A stretch of DNA of 64,000 nucleotides. Source: Octopus vulgaris. Lineage: Eukaryota. Position numbers and translations under genes: made by a program. Below are positions 13,211 to 25,805 of this stretch, one piece after another (within the stretch, counting starts at the first letter, position 1; each line of letters begins with the position of its first letter). Below the pieces are notes generated by a model. The model did not search any database. It saw only the letters and a list, made by a program, of their open reading frames with translations, and had not been told where the DNA came from. The stretch spans positions 109,368,001 through 109,432,000 of the forward strand of contig OX597822.1 in assembly GCA_951406725.2 (NCBI GenBank), written 5' to 3'.

Positions 13211-14739
13211 TGTAGTTGCTGCTGTTGCTGATGTCAAATCTCCTTTGTCAATGATCGACAAGAGTTAAGATGAGACGTCTACAGCTGAGATCATCGCGCC
13301 TTTTTCGGTGGCACGTTTTACAGGTGTTAGACCTAGGACCATACTATATAACCTTTAGAAAGATAATACTTTGTAGTAATATTTAAGACTGATTTGTCTG
13401 TTATTTCTAACAAGTTATACACACAGCGGTAGTGTAGTAGCACTATATACAACGACAGACATCGAACAATCTTTTGCTGCTGGCAATGAAATTTTCTCGC
13501 AAGGAATTATTTTTAGAATATTATAATATTTCTTCAGCAGATTAATATTATCGAGGATTCCAAAAATGATTTACTGAGTGGGGGAAGTCGTCAGAGGCAG
13601 CTGATCAAAATGTCGATTCCACGTGGAGATTAGTAATGTAAGAAGCTACTCTGCTGGAAATTTCGTCTTTGCTGACATGGAAATACACATTAGTATGTCA
13701 AATCCTTGCAGCCATTTCATCATTACAGATTCTAAAGAGATTATCTTTACATCAGATGAGAGAGATACCCTTTAATTTAGTTCAAATAATTATGAATATT
13801 GCAAAGGAAGAGACCTATATAATTCAGTATCAATATTGATTATTTTAATGAAAAATATTTTCAATTGGACAATAAAACACTCGAAGTTTTTACTTTTTAT
13901 TCTGGAACGACTTCGTATTTCACACAGTAAACGTAATACTCTATCTCTTTCTCTCCTTCTCTATCTCTTTCTATGTCTATCTCTCCCCCCTCTCTCTCTC
14001 ACTCGCTGTTCTACGTCTGTTTCTACCTCTCTAAATATTCAGCATTTTTCTCCCGCTTATTTTATACACGTCTTCAAAGCTTTTAGCATTAACAATCAAA
14101 AGTATTCATATGCATCTTTAGCAGATAGTTTCATTTGCATAATGTGTATTTTACGTTAAAAAAAAAAAAAGAAATCTCCAAATCTGATATTGTGAGTACA
14201 AAAGAGATTGCTTTAGATGAAAAAAAAAAACAGTATTAAGTTAGTTTGTAGCATAAAATATTCTGGTTAAAGCTAACAAATGTAAAGGTATACCAATGAA
14301 ATCCAAATGGAATTTCGCTGAACACAACGAGCCACGTAAAAAGAGTTGAATTTAATGTTTTGAAGACTCTTTACAATAAACATTTGTAGATATTTTTACA
14401 TTTCTACCATATAAGCATCATCACTGCATCTTCGTGCATTTTGCTACTGCTTTCAAAGATTCACTACCCATATAGTAACATATATAGATTTTCTATGAAT
14501 TCCCAAATTCTATTATTTATCCCGTGATACCGTTGTCCGCCAGAATACGGTAGCCGTTCGCTTCCCTATTTGCAATATATGCCGAGCGCAGATTGCATCG
14601 ATAAGGAGTTGGAGAAGGGTCTGCCTGGTGTTTAGGACGATAGTAACGTCTAGCGGCCATACTGATGTGGCGATAAACGTTACTTTTCAGTATAGTTCAA
14701 GCCTAATTTCGTTTATTTCTCAATGAAGACTACGCATGG

Positions 14740-17030
14740 CTTCCTATTCTCTACCTCATGGTTGGACTGAATCATAGAATCCCATAGGATCTTTGCATTT
14801 CTATTTTTGATTATGCCTTCTAGTTTGTGGTCGTACAAATCTTTTGCACAATCCTGTCCATACTTGTTGCAAAGTGTTCAATAGCAAGCCTGACTATATT
14901 TTCGTGGCGTCTCTTATATTCCTTCTGGGATACTGGCGTACATTGGCTGGTAATATGCCATACGGTTTCACGTTTTGTCCACAGATTCTGCACTCATCAC
15001 TTTCTGCTGTGTTGTCTATTCTGTATTTTATGTAGTTTGTTCTTAGTGCTTGCTCTTGGGCAGCAAAGATTAGAGCCTCCGTTTAAAGTTTTAAATCACT
15101 TTTAGTCATCTACAGCTTTCTTTTGTCTCTGTCTGATTTATCTTCAACATCCCTATGAATTTGTCCATGCATTGTTTTCGTTACCCACATTTTCAGTTTC
15201 ATTCGTTTTCACTTTCTTGTATAGTGCTTTATCTTTGCAATCTTTCATCGTACACAAGCCTAACTTTCTTACAATAATATCGGTTCCGTGGCATTTTTTG
15301 CATAGCATGCTATGTTGTTTTCTTCTGTTCTAATGCTATGTTCGCATCGAATAAGTCCTCTTCCCCCTCTTTTTATCGGTACATACAGTCTGTCTGAGTC
15401 ACCTTTTGGATGGAGTGACCCATATCTAGTTAGCAACTTCCTTGTCTTTCTGTCCAAGCTGTTTAGTTCGACTACTGTCCATGCAATTACCCCTGCTCCA
15501 TATCGAAAGAGTTAAACTGTTCAGGTGTTGACAGCTTCGATCTTATTCCGTCCATTTAATTTCGACTTAAGTATCAATCTCAGTCTGCGCAAGTACTCCA
15601 ATTTAAATTTTTGTCATTTCTTTCTCCATCAATTTATCCATTTTCAAATTTCTCAAATACTTATAGCTCGTCTCTTCTATCTGCTTCATGACCTCTCCCG
15701 GCGGTATCTTAAGCTAATCCATACACTTGATTTTGCCTCTCTTCAAGGCTAACACACCATACTTTTCAGTCGGTACTCCAATCTGATATCAGCATTGAAG
15801 ATATACACTGTATCAACTGACATGGGCTTCATCTTTACCATAAAGTTTGAAGTCATCCATGAATAACAAATGGTTGATTTTTTCTTGGCAGCTCTTGAAT
15901 AAATACCCAGCTTTTGCTTTCCTCAGAAACAGAGTTTGTGGTATCAAGCACAGTACAAAGATCAGTGAGGATAAGCAGTACCCTTGGAAGTTGCCCCTCC
16001 TAATTTCTACTGTCCCTAAACTTCTTCCCTATGCTGTCAGGACCGTCCTCCAATTCTCCATACTTTTTCCAAGCAATCAATCAACATTCAATGCAATACC
16101 AAATAGGTTCATACACTCCATAATCCAAGAATCATGGATCGAATCGTACGCCTTACGATAGTTGATCCATGACATGGCTAATTTACTTTTCCTCCTCTTG
16201 CAGTCTTTAAGTACAGTTTTGACTATCAGGATTTGGTACCTCGTACATCTGCACTGCACTTACACTTGCAACACTTTTGCTCATGTGTCAGGACTCCATT
16301 TTTTTCCAGATGTTCGCACATCGACTCTGCGAGTATTCCAGTTAATAACTTCCACATAAGTGGCAAACAGGGTATCGGCCTGTAATTGTCTACCGTATTG
16401 CCTTTTTCGATGTTTTTCAGGCACAGCAATGTCAACCACTCTTGTGTTACTTGGTCGGCATTTAACAAGGTGTGGAGTTGCGCAGCTATTCGTACATGAC
16501 ATTCACTAAATCCTTTGATCCTGTTGCCTTGAACTCCATCTGGTCCCGGGGCCTTCCAGTTGCTAATTGTTTTGATGATTCCCTTCACTTATCTAACTGA
16601 AATGACTAGTACTGCCTGTTTTCGATATACTACTTTTTGTTTCAGTTCTTGCAACCATTGAGCATCCTTCTTGTGCTCCTTGTCTTTGCTCTAGATGTCA
16701 CTCCGAAACTTCTGGCTTTCAATGTTATCTGGTATCAAATTTTGATTTGTACATTCTCCATTTATTTTTATATAGAATCTCTCTGATCTACTCCGAATAT
16801 TCTGGTGGTAACCCTTCATTCTTTGGTCGTATCTTACCATCTTAGCTTTCTTTGCAACGAGTCGCTGTTTCACTTCCTTCACTACTACTTTCAGGCCCTT
16901 TCTTTCAATATTATAATTCTTTTTCAGCGCCCTATCTTTTTGTTCCCTTTTAACCCCACCTTTCCCTTTTTTTTCTTTTTCTTTTTCTTTTGGAATATTT
17001 TTCTTTTTAAAAATTTTGCTGTGGTTCACA
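14740..17030 (-). pseudogene. Old R4/Dong-clade non-LTR retrotransposon, RT-containing relic
   Basis: WKAPGPDGVQG, NYRPIPCLPLMWKLLTGI, SWINYRKAYDSIHDSWI, HLLFMDD, LHPKGDSDRLYV..GGRGL; many stops and frameshifts. Confidence 0.88.
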
Positions 17031-17654
17031 GTGTTTGTAGTTGTGCAGTATGTAAATATTGACAGGTGCGTACTTCCTTAAACTGTATCATGCATTTAAA
17101 TGTGTTGTTACAATAAAAGGCATGTTTACATATTATGTTAGTCAGGGGGAAAGGCAAGACAAAATGTATACACAAAATTGGAGATATTAAAGTTTCTAAA
17201 TTTTTTGAGGTGTTCGTTTGTATGTCCGTTCAGAGAAAATTGTGGCGTTGTTTTTTTTTTTACAATAAATAGGATGTTTACATTTTCGAAACTTCTGGGG
17301 GAAAAGGAATGTAATTTTTTTTTCACAGAAAATTGTAGATAAGAAGTTTTTAAATTTTACTGGAGATGATCTTTTGTCTGTCCGAACAGAGAAAGCTCTA
17401 GTGTTCTTCGAATAAAGAGCATTTTTACATTTTCGAATACTCAGGGGAAAGGAAATGATAGGTATTCTCAGAAGGGGCAGATATTAAAGGCTCTAAAGCT
17501 GATCTTTATGTGTTTGAAACTCATTTGGAGGGAAATTCAACATACTCACAAGAAACTGTAGTTATTCCAGTCTTTTAGAGATGTTTTTCAGTTGTCCTGC
17601 TGGGTTGTATTGGTGTTTCTGTGTATTCAGCTGCTGACAGGTCAGAGCAGCGAA

Positions 17655-17655
17655 A

Positions 17656-17697
<42 letters not shown>

Positions 17698-17791
17698 CGT
17701 AATAAAAATAATAATAACAACAACAACAACGACAACAATAATAATAATAAAAATAATAATAATAATAATGATAATAATAATAATAATTATA

Positions 17792-17856
<65 letters not shown>

Positions 17857-17948
17857 CTTAATAAAAATAATAATAACAACAACAACAACGACAACAATAA
17901 TAATAATTAAAAAAAAATAATAATAATGATAATAATAATAATAATGAT

Positions 17949-18010
<62 letters not shown>
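17655..18010. repeat. (AAT)n microsatellite with duplicated interruptions
   Basis: Directly visible. Confidence 0.95.
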
Positions 18011-18012
<2 letters not shown>

Positions 18013-18583
18013 GCCCTGATGCAGTAAATGCCCTGATGCAGTACCAGGCAGTGACTCTCATGGTTTCTGATCTTAACTGATTGGAAGTGTTATCATGTAC
18101 ATTGTTTTGTCTTGGTATAAAAGATGGGCTACAGCAAATATTCTGCTCAATACCACAGATTTGCTTGTCAGTTGTTTGACCTTAACCAGTTGAGCATGTC
18201 CCGTGGTGGCTGACGATATGTGCATCTCTGATCACGAGCAGAAGTAGTGGGGGAGCATCATAGCCATGTGTTGAGAGGGATTCTTTGGGGGTGTGAATAA
18301 TTCACCTCTGGAAACATGGGTGGTTCTTTCAACATCCTTAAACAACCCTTATTCAGGGACCTTTTGAGCGGGTGGGCTACTCAACATGAAGAAAATTCTA
18401 ACTTGGCCCCACCTGCAAGGTCATGTGTTTTTTATCTTGATATGAGATCACCATGTCGCGCACATATGGTTGTGATGCATGTGCCTGGCGTACCCTTATC
18501 AGACGGGTAGTCATGATGGGTATATTGGGCTTCGTATATTTTACCCCAGTGTCACTTTGATGACATGAACTGCTCTCTCACTC
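18011..18583 (+). mobile_element. Non-coding (AAT)n-embedded interspersed repeat (LINE 3' UTR or non-autonomous element)
   Basis: Flanked by (AAT)n on both sides; diverged, internally deleted copy on minus at 36471-36837. Confidence 0.8.
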
Positions 18584-18634
<51 letters not shown>

Positions 18635-18760
18635 GATAATAATAATAATAATAATAATAATGATAATAATAATAATAGTAATATTTTTAAAAGGATTGAC
18701 GTAACACTTCACAAAGGTAAACAGTCAAGAGCGCGATTCGATTGTAAGATATTTTATTAG

Positions 18761-18803
18761 TTGAACGATATTTCAACAGGACGTCTGTCGTTGTCAAGTT
18801 CAA
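18761..18803 (-). ncRNA. Candidate minimal type I hammerhead, U3:A8 core variant
   Basis: ttgaac-TTGACAA-c-gacag-acgtc-ctgtt-GAAA-ta-TC-gttcaa; perfect 6-bp stem I; AATAAA immediately downstream. Confidence 0.5.
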
Positions 18804-18859
18804 AATAAGAGGTGATAAAAAATTCCAAATTACAGAAATTTAAACATAAAGTATGAACG

Positions 18860-19470
18860 AGACTAATTGGTGGTAGGGGTATCGTTTCCCATTCAAACTG
18901 CTCCAGCTATTGGAATATCATCCTCGCTATATGTGGCCGAGCATTATACTAATGAAATAAAAAAAAAACTTTCGTGTTGAAACCAAAGAATGTCATATTT
19001 CTTCTAGCGCTACTGAAGACGCTCAAGCTGCTCGCAGTAGACCTCCTTGATTATTGTTTTTTTTTGGGGGGGTTTAAAAGCTCAAAATTTTTCGTATCCC
19101 ACCAAACAGATAAAAACGGCTTACGTGGATGAAGACCTTTATCCTGGGGCACCGGTGTTTCTCTTTTCCCTACCCTCTGTATTCGGCACCAGTCAATATT
19201 CAGTTTCCTTGGGAAAACGTGACAACAAAGAATTTCAAATATTCACACTCTGCACGCAATTAGACACAGAAAGTTTGTGATGAACTCATTGAATCATTTT
19301 GCTGACTGCTCCAATGGAACGCATTTATAGATGAATGGTTGAAGGACAAAATACAAGCTTTTCTGCAAGTTCCTGAAAAGTTACAACGATGGAATTTTGT
19401 TCTACTAGGGTTTGCAGGATGTCGTCGTCGAACTCTACAGATCTTCGAGGACATGGCTCATCCTCTAGGA
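18860..19470 (-). pseudogene. Mariner transposase relic
   Basis: VEFDDDILQTLVEQN..QELAEKL..STIH, GLHPRK.FLSVWWD, YCEQLERL, NARPHIA, QFEWETIPLPP; heavily disrupted. Confidence 0.85.
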
Positions 19471-19508
19471 TGTAGTTACAGCGTTAGTTATGTGATGACC
19501 TAATATAT

Positions 19509-19566
<58 letters not shown>

Positions 19567-19594
19567 CTATCTATCTATCATTCTTTCTAACCAA

Positions 19595-19650
<56 letters not shown>

Positions 19651-19653
<3 letters not shown>

Positions 19654-20050
19654 GCTTGCTAACCAACCACATGGTTCCGGGTTCAGTCCCACTGCGTGGC
19701 ATCTTAGGCAAGTGTCTTCTGCTATAGCCCCTGGCCGACCAATGCCTTGTGAGTGGATTTGGTAGACGGAAACTGAAAGAAGCCTGTCGTATATATGTAT
19801 ATATATATATATATGTGTGTGTATATATGTTTGTGTGTTTGTGTTTGTCCCCCTAGCATTGCTTGACAACCGATGCTGGTGTGTCTACGTCCCCGCCACT
19901 TAGCGGTTCGTCAAAAGAGACCGATAGAATAAGTACTGGGCTTACAAAGAATAAGTTCCGGGGTCGATTTGATCGACTAAAGGCGGTGCTCCAGTATGGC
20001 CGCAGTCAAATGACTGAAACAAGTAAAAGAGTAAAAGAGTAAAAAAAGAG
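19651..20050 (+). mobile_element. Family A SINE, 5' end lost in (TA)n
   Basis: Near-identical to 3830-4212. Confidence 0.9.
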
Positions 20051-20177
20051 TATATATATGTATCTATATATATGTAGTTATATATAATATGAAATGAAAA
20101 TTGTTTCATGTTGTTTGCCGATGCACACATCCACACACGGACGCACGTACATATATATGTATATATGTATATATGTA

Positions 20178-21340
20178 TACGATTTATGATGCATGTGTAC
20201 GTTCAGCCATGCTAGATGGTAGTGAAACATGGGCCGTGACTGCTGAGGATATGCGTAAGCTCGCAAGAAATGAAGCCAGTATGCTCCGATGGATGTGTAA
20301 TGTCAGTGTTCATAATCGTCAGAGTGTAAGTACCTTGAGAGAAAAGTTGAACCTAAGAAGCGTCAGTTGTGGTGTGCAAGAGAGACGGCTGCGCTGGTAT
20401 GGTCATATGACGAGAATGGCTGAAGATAGTTGTGTGCAAAAGTGCTACACCCTAGCAGTTGAGGGAACCTGTGGAAGAGGTAGACCCAGGAAAACCTGGG
20501 ACGAAGTGGTGAAGCACGACCTACGAACTTTAGGTCTCACCAAGGAAATGACTAGAGACCGAGACCTATGGAAGTATGCTGTGCGTGAGAAGACCCGGCA
20601 AGTCTAGTCAGGCCATAACCCGTGGCCCCTACCTGGGACGTAGTCAGTCCACCTGTGCATACCTTCCTTCTTGTGACACTTGTAAAGACCTGTTGAGGCA
20701 AGTGAAAATCAAACAAAATCAAACAAAATCGAAATAGATGAACATCAATGGAATTTGTATCTTTGTGGTACCAGTGCCGGTGGCACACAAGAAAACCATC
20801 CGAACGTGGCCGTAGCCAGTACCGCACCGACTGGCCTCCATGCTGTGGGCACGTAACAATCACCGTCCAATCGTGGCCGATCGCCAGCCTAATCTGGCTC
20901 CTGTGTCGGTGGCACATAAAAAACACCATCCGAGCGTGGTCGTCTGCTAGCCTTGTCTGGCACCTGTGTCGGTGGCACATAAAAACACTATCCGAGCGTG
21001 GCCGTTCGCCAGCCTCGTCTGGCACCTGTGTCAGTGGCACATAAAAACACCATCCGAGCGTGGTCGTCTGCTAGCCTTGTCTGGCACCTGTGTCGGTGGC
21101 ACATAAAAACACCATCCGAGCGTGGCCGTTCGCCAGCTTCGTCTGGCACCTGTGTCGGTGGCACATAAAATCACCCATTACACTCTCGGAGTGGTTGGCG
21201 TTAGGAAGGGCATCCAGCTGTAGAAACACTGCCAGATCTGACTTGCCTGGTGCAGCCTTCGTGCTCCCCGGACCCCAGTTGAACCGTCCAACCCATGCTA
21301 GCATGGAAAGCGGACGTTAAATGATGATGATGATGATGAT
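20178..21340 (+). mobile_element. 5'-truncated RTE-clade LINE (C-terminal ORF to 20607, 3' UTR, (GAT)n tail)
   Basis: VRSAML.GSETWA...EASMLRWM...RRLRWYGH..R...GRGRPRKTW.EVVK.DL...DRD.W; ends ggacgttaaatgatgatg. Confidence 0.92.
20773..21170 (+). repeat. ~60-bp minisatellite (about 6-7 units) in the RTE 3' UTR
   Basis: Unit ggcacctgtgtcggtggcacataaaaacaccatccgagcgtggccgttcgccagcctcgtct. Confidence 0.9.
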
Positions 21341-22335
21341 GTACGTGTGTGTGTATGTGTATGTATTTGTGCGTGTGTGCATGCCTGCAGTGAGTGCGTG
21401 TGTGCGTGTGTGTGTGTTGTCTGAATTCCTGTGTGCTTTTCTGGGTAAAATAAATACTAATTTGTGTGATTCTTTACTTATAAATATTTACTTGGCTACC
21501 CAATCCGTATTCAAATTTCTATTGGTTTATTAACTTCTTCGCTTGTATTCGAAGGATTCCCTTCACCACATCTGTATAGGGCCCTTCACTCTATCCCACT
21601 GTTCCACGCCCTTATTCTTTCTTTTATTGAAACATTCAATATATATCTCACTTTTCTTTCCCCCATCTCAATCATTTAACCCTTTCCTAAATTTCTCAAA
21701 TCCGAATCTATGCCAAATTATTTTTATTTATGCTTTCTGGCTATATGTGCTTTTTTCTAACCTCTCTACATCTCTGAACTCTCTCCTTTATATTTCATAC
21801 ATTTAACTGCATCTAACTAAACCATTCCCTGCCATTCGTATCGATTCAGTATCCACAAAGCCGGTAACAACACACTGACACAAACAACTGTAGCAAAATT
21901 AGGAAAGAATATTAAATAAATAAAACTATTTTTTCTTATTTTTCCAGTTCGTCCTAATCCAACTTATCTCTCAATCCGTTTTGTTTTTTCATATAATTCC
22001 AATTTTGTTTCATGAAAAAAATTAAGAATTGTTTCTTCTACATTCAACTATAATATGTATCAAGCAAATATAGGTGGAAGAATCATACAGACTATTGATT
22101 TATATGAATGAAAATGGACATCTTACCAAAAGTGTAAAGCATCGATATATGTGCACGGGCGCACGCACACAAACACTCACAAACACACACACAAAAACAC
22201 ACACACAAACACTCGCAAACACACACACAAACATACACACAGAAACACACACATAAATATATATACATTCACGAATACACATATATATAATTAACAAGCA
22301 TACACAACGCAAACACGCACAGGTGTATACACATG

Positions 22336-22399
<64 letters not shown>

Positions 22400-22654
22400 G
22401 GCATTTGCCTAATTTCGTGTACATGAGTATATATATGTACGCACATGTATGTCTATAAACACATGCACAAATATATATAACTATCTATCTTTCGTTCTAT
22501 CATCTATCTATTAACGTTTCTATCTTTCTTTCTATCTATCTGTCTGTCTATATGCCTGTCTATTTATCAATCTATCTATTTACCTATCTATCTGTATGCC
22601 TGTCTGTCTGTATATTATCTGTCTGTCTATGTATCTAGTAAGTACGTTAGAAAG

Positions 22655-22686
22655 ATAGATAGAGAGATACATAGATATATAGATAT

Positions 22687-22780
<94 letters not shown>
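22655..22780. repeat. (GATA)n microsatellite
   Basis: Directly visible. Confidence 0.95.
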
Positions 22781-22781
<1 letters not shown>

Positions 22782-23844
22782 CACACATACAAATAGAACA
22801 TGTGTTTGTACGTGTGGTGTTTTGATATATTTGTCAGGTCTAGTGATTTTACGTATATCGACTGGTTTTTGATTGTATGACCATATGTCGTGTCTATTCC
22901 TATCCTTATATACTTCAATTCACATTTTTCCCATCACAAGACGCTGTTGCAAGGATACAAAGACAAGATGACATAATGCAGAGAAGATCGAAGTATTTTG
23001 CAACCGTTGCTGCCGGTGTATCGATATAGCCATTAATCTGCTATTAATCTGCGGGAGGTATGCCATCGATTAATGCATATTGAACGTAAATTATAGTGTA
23101 AGGACAGAGAACAAGTGCCTGAAGTTTGGATAGAGAATTCTCTTACAATGATGTGACTAATCAAGTGCACAGGATCAAATATCTTTGCATTAGCCGGCGA
23201 AGCGACAAATATTAAAGGAAAAAATAAGGTTTAGCAACTTGATCACATTTTATTTGCTGTTATAGTGTTCGGTCTATCACTGACGGCATGCTATCTGATA
23301 ACATTTAATTTCCTGTAATATTTACGTTACTGATTGGCCATAGCTGATTCAATAGACTGGAAGCGAATTTGTGTTCGGAGGTTCGTTCCATATTGTTGTG
23401 CATACATTATGACTGAAATCGAAACATACAATACCCACAGAAATATCTCATTTAAGGTGTCCACAATTTACTGGTATGAGCTAATAAGAAGTCCATCTGG
23501 ATAAAAAAAAGACTGCTCAAATAGAAAATCGCTGCACGTTTTATTATCTTGCAAATATGGGATCAAATAAAACTGCAAGCAAAATGAAGTAGATTGACAA
23601 AATAAATTTTGTAACCAGTTAAAGACACGCAAGATGTCGAAATATCGTTCACTATATAACAATGTCACTCTTCTTTTAATTTTGACTCTATATCTTCAGG
23701 AGGAGTTACCTCAATCCTTTCTACATTAACCAAAATGAAGTAGATTTTGGTGGGGAGGCTTTGGTCTTGTGCTGCAATTGAAAATTCTTTAGTCCCTGTT
23801 TTGAGTCCTGAGCTTCTGTGCCATTGTTGGGATTTTGCCTTGTC

Positions 23845-24257
23845 TACTCTTTTACTTGTTTCGGTCATTTAACTGCGGTCATGCTGGAACACCGCCTTTA
23901 GTCGAGTAAATCGACCCCGGGACTTATTCTTTGTAAGCCAAGTACTTATTCTATCGGTCTCTTTTGCCGAACCGCTAAGTGCCGAACCGCTAAGCGACGG
24001 GGGCGTAAACACACCAGCATCGGTTGTCAAGCAATGCTGGGGGGACAAACACAGACACACAAACATATATACACACACTTATATATATATAAATATATAC
24101 GACAGGATTCTTTCAGTTTCCGTCTACCAAATCCACTCACAAGGCATTGGTCGGCCTGGGGCTATAGCAGAAGAAACTTGCCCAAGATGCCACGCAGTGG
24201 GACTGAACCCGGAACCATGTGGTTGGTTAGCAAGCTACTTACCACTCAGCCACTCCT
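23845..24257 (-). mobile_element. Family A SINE nested in the R4 relic
   Basis: Reverse complement of family A. Confidence 0.9.
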
Positions 24258-24579
24258 CTCTGTTTCTTTTCTGTTTAATTTAACCAAGTATTTGCTATGA
24301 ACGGGATTTTCTTGCTATCATTTTATAAGAATCAATTGCTGTTGCAGTTTTAGTTGTTTTAGAGATGTTGTTGTTCCTTCCGTTTCTTCATAGTTGTTGG
24401 ATACTATGATTACTTTTTAGTTTTTTTCAGCTTCATTAAAAACTGAAAACAGTTTTGTTTTGCTTTGTTCGTGTTTTGTGGCTATTTGTATTAGTTTAGC
24501 ATGCTTCTCAAGGTATTTCGATAGTTCTATGATGGTTATTTCGTAATAGTTTTCCACCTTTCATACGTTGTGTATATAT

Positions 24580-24812
24580 ATTTCTTTACTACCCACAAGG
24601 GGCTAAACATAGAGGAGACAAACAAGGACAGACAAACGGATTAAGTCGATTACATCGACACCAGTGCGTAACTGGTACTTAATTTATCGACCCCGAAAGG
24701 ATGAAAGGCAAAGTCGACCTCCCTCGGCGGAATTTGAACTCACAACGTAACGCAGACGAAATACCGCTAAGCATTTCGCCCGGCGCCCTACCGTTTCTGC
24801 CAGCTCACCGCC
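24580..24812 (-). mobile_element. Family B SINE nested in the R4 relic
   Basis: Family B core; atacgttgtgtatata duplicated on both sides (TSD). Confidence 0.9.
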
Positions 24813-25390
24813 TTGTTGTATATATACGTTGTGTATATAACCTTTCTGTCAGACTTTGGATGGCGCATCCTAAATACTGTCATCATTTTTCTTGTTTTCT
24901 TGTTTATTTTGATTAGCTTATTTAGAGTCCAGTTAAAATATTGTAGCTGTAAATTATAATTGGGACGGCTAGAGAACTGATACCTATTACCTTGCTCCTC
25001 GCATTGAGCTGCTTTCGATATTAATCTAAATCGTCTATAGCATTTTTTTCTTATCTTTTCTTTCATTTGTGTATATTTTATTGTATCTAGTTCCTTGATT
25101 CCTAAGTATTTGAAAGTCTGACTTTGGTCTAATTCTCATTTCATTTGCTTTATATAGTCTGCTGTTGCTACTCTTAACTAATTTTCTTCATTTCAAGGTT
25201 GCTTTGGCACACTTTTCCCAGCCAAGTTTTTCATGATTATTTCTTTGGTAAATCCATGTACTGTCTGTAGTAGCGTTTCTAACTGTTTATCATTTGTATC
25301 ATACAGTTTTAGATCATCCATTATAAAAGGTGGCTGTTTTTTACCGTAACAGTTGTATCTACATCCATTATTATTGTTATTATTATTATT

Positions 25391-25737
25391 CAGTAGTTTT
25401 ATTTTTATAGCGTGCTTTCATTTCACTACCGAGCGCAGCTCTGTGTGCCTTGGGTATGTGCTGTGATTTGTTGTGATGCTCTTATGGTTACTCTATTGAA
25501 AGTGTTCTGCGTAGGATGTGGACAGTGTCCAGTAGTGCAATGTTCTGTATGTTATATGTGTTATTAAGTCCTGGTGCTTTTGTTATATATTTGTTTGAAT
25601 ATTTTTATCATAACTAATGCGCCTAGTATGATAGGAATTGTTTCCGTTTTAGATTCCATATTCGATTTACTTCTATTTCCAGGTTTTTGTATTTTGAAAG
25701 TTTCTCCATTTCTTTTAGAGAAACGTTATCATCTACT
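25391..25737 (-). mobile_element. 3'-terminal fragment of an R4/Dong-type LINE between (ATT)n tracts
   Basis: Near-identical 3' UTR to 34498-34600; ETIPIILGAL and NIQNIALLD motifs. Confidence 0.88.
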
Positions 25738-25757
25738 GGTATTATTATTATTGTTAA

Positions 25758-25805
<48 letters not shown>

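Larger units (their letters stand above)
23705..25368 (-). pseudogene. R4/Dong-type LINE relic interrupted by two SINEs
   Basis: KSQQWHRSSGLKTGTKEFSIAAQDQSLPT, MKEKIRKKCYRR, MRHPKSD; homologous to 35200-36130. Confidence 0.85.

Noticed and set aside
20773-21170. CRISPR-like appearance of the ~60-bp array
   Set aside because: Intervening parts are homologous, not unique spacers; it lies in a eukaryotic LINE 3' UTR with no cas genes.
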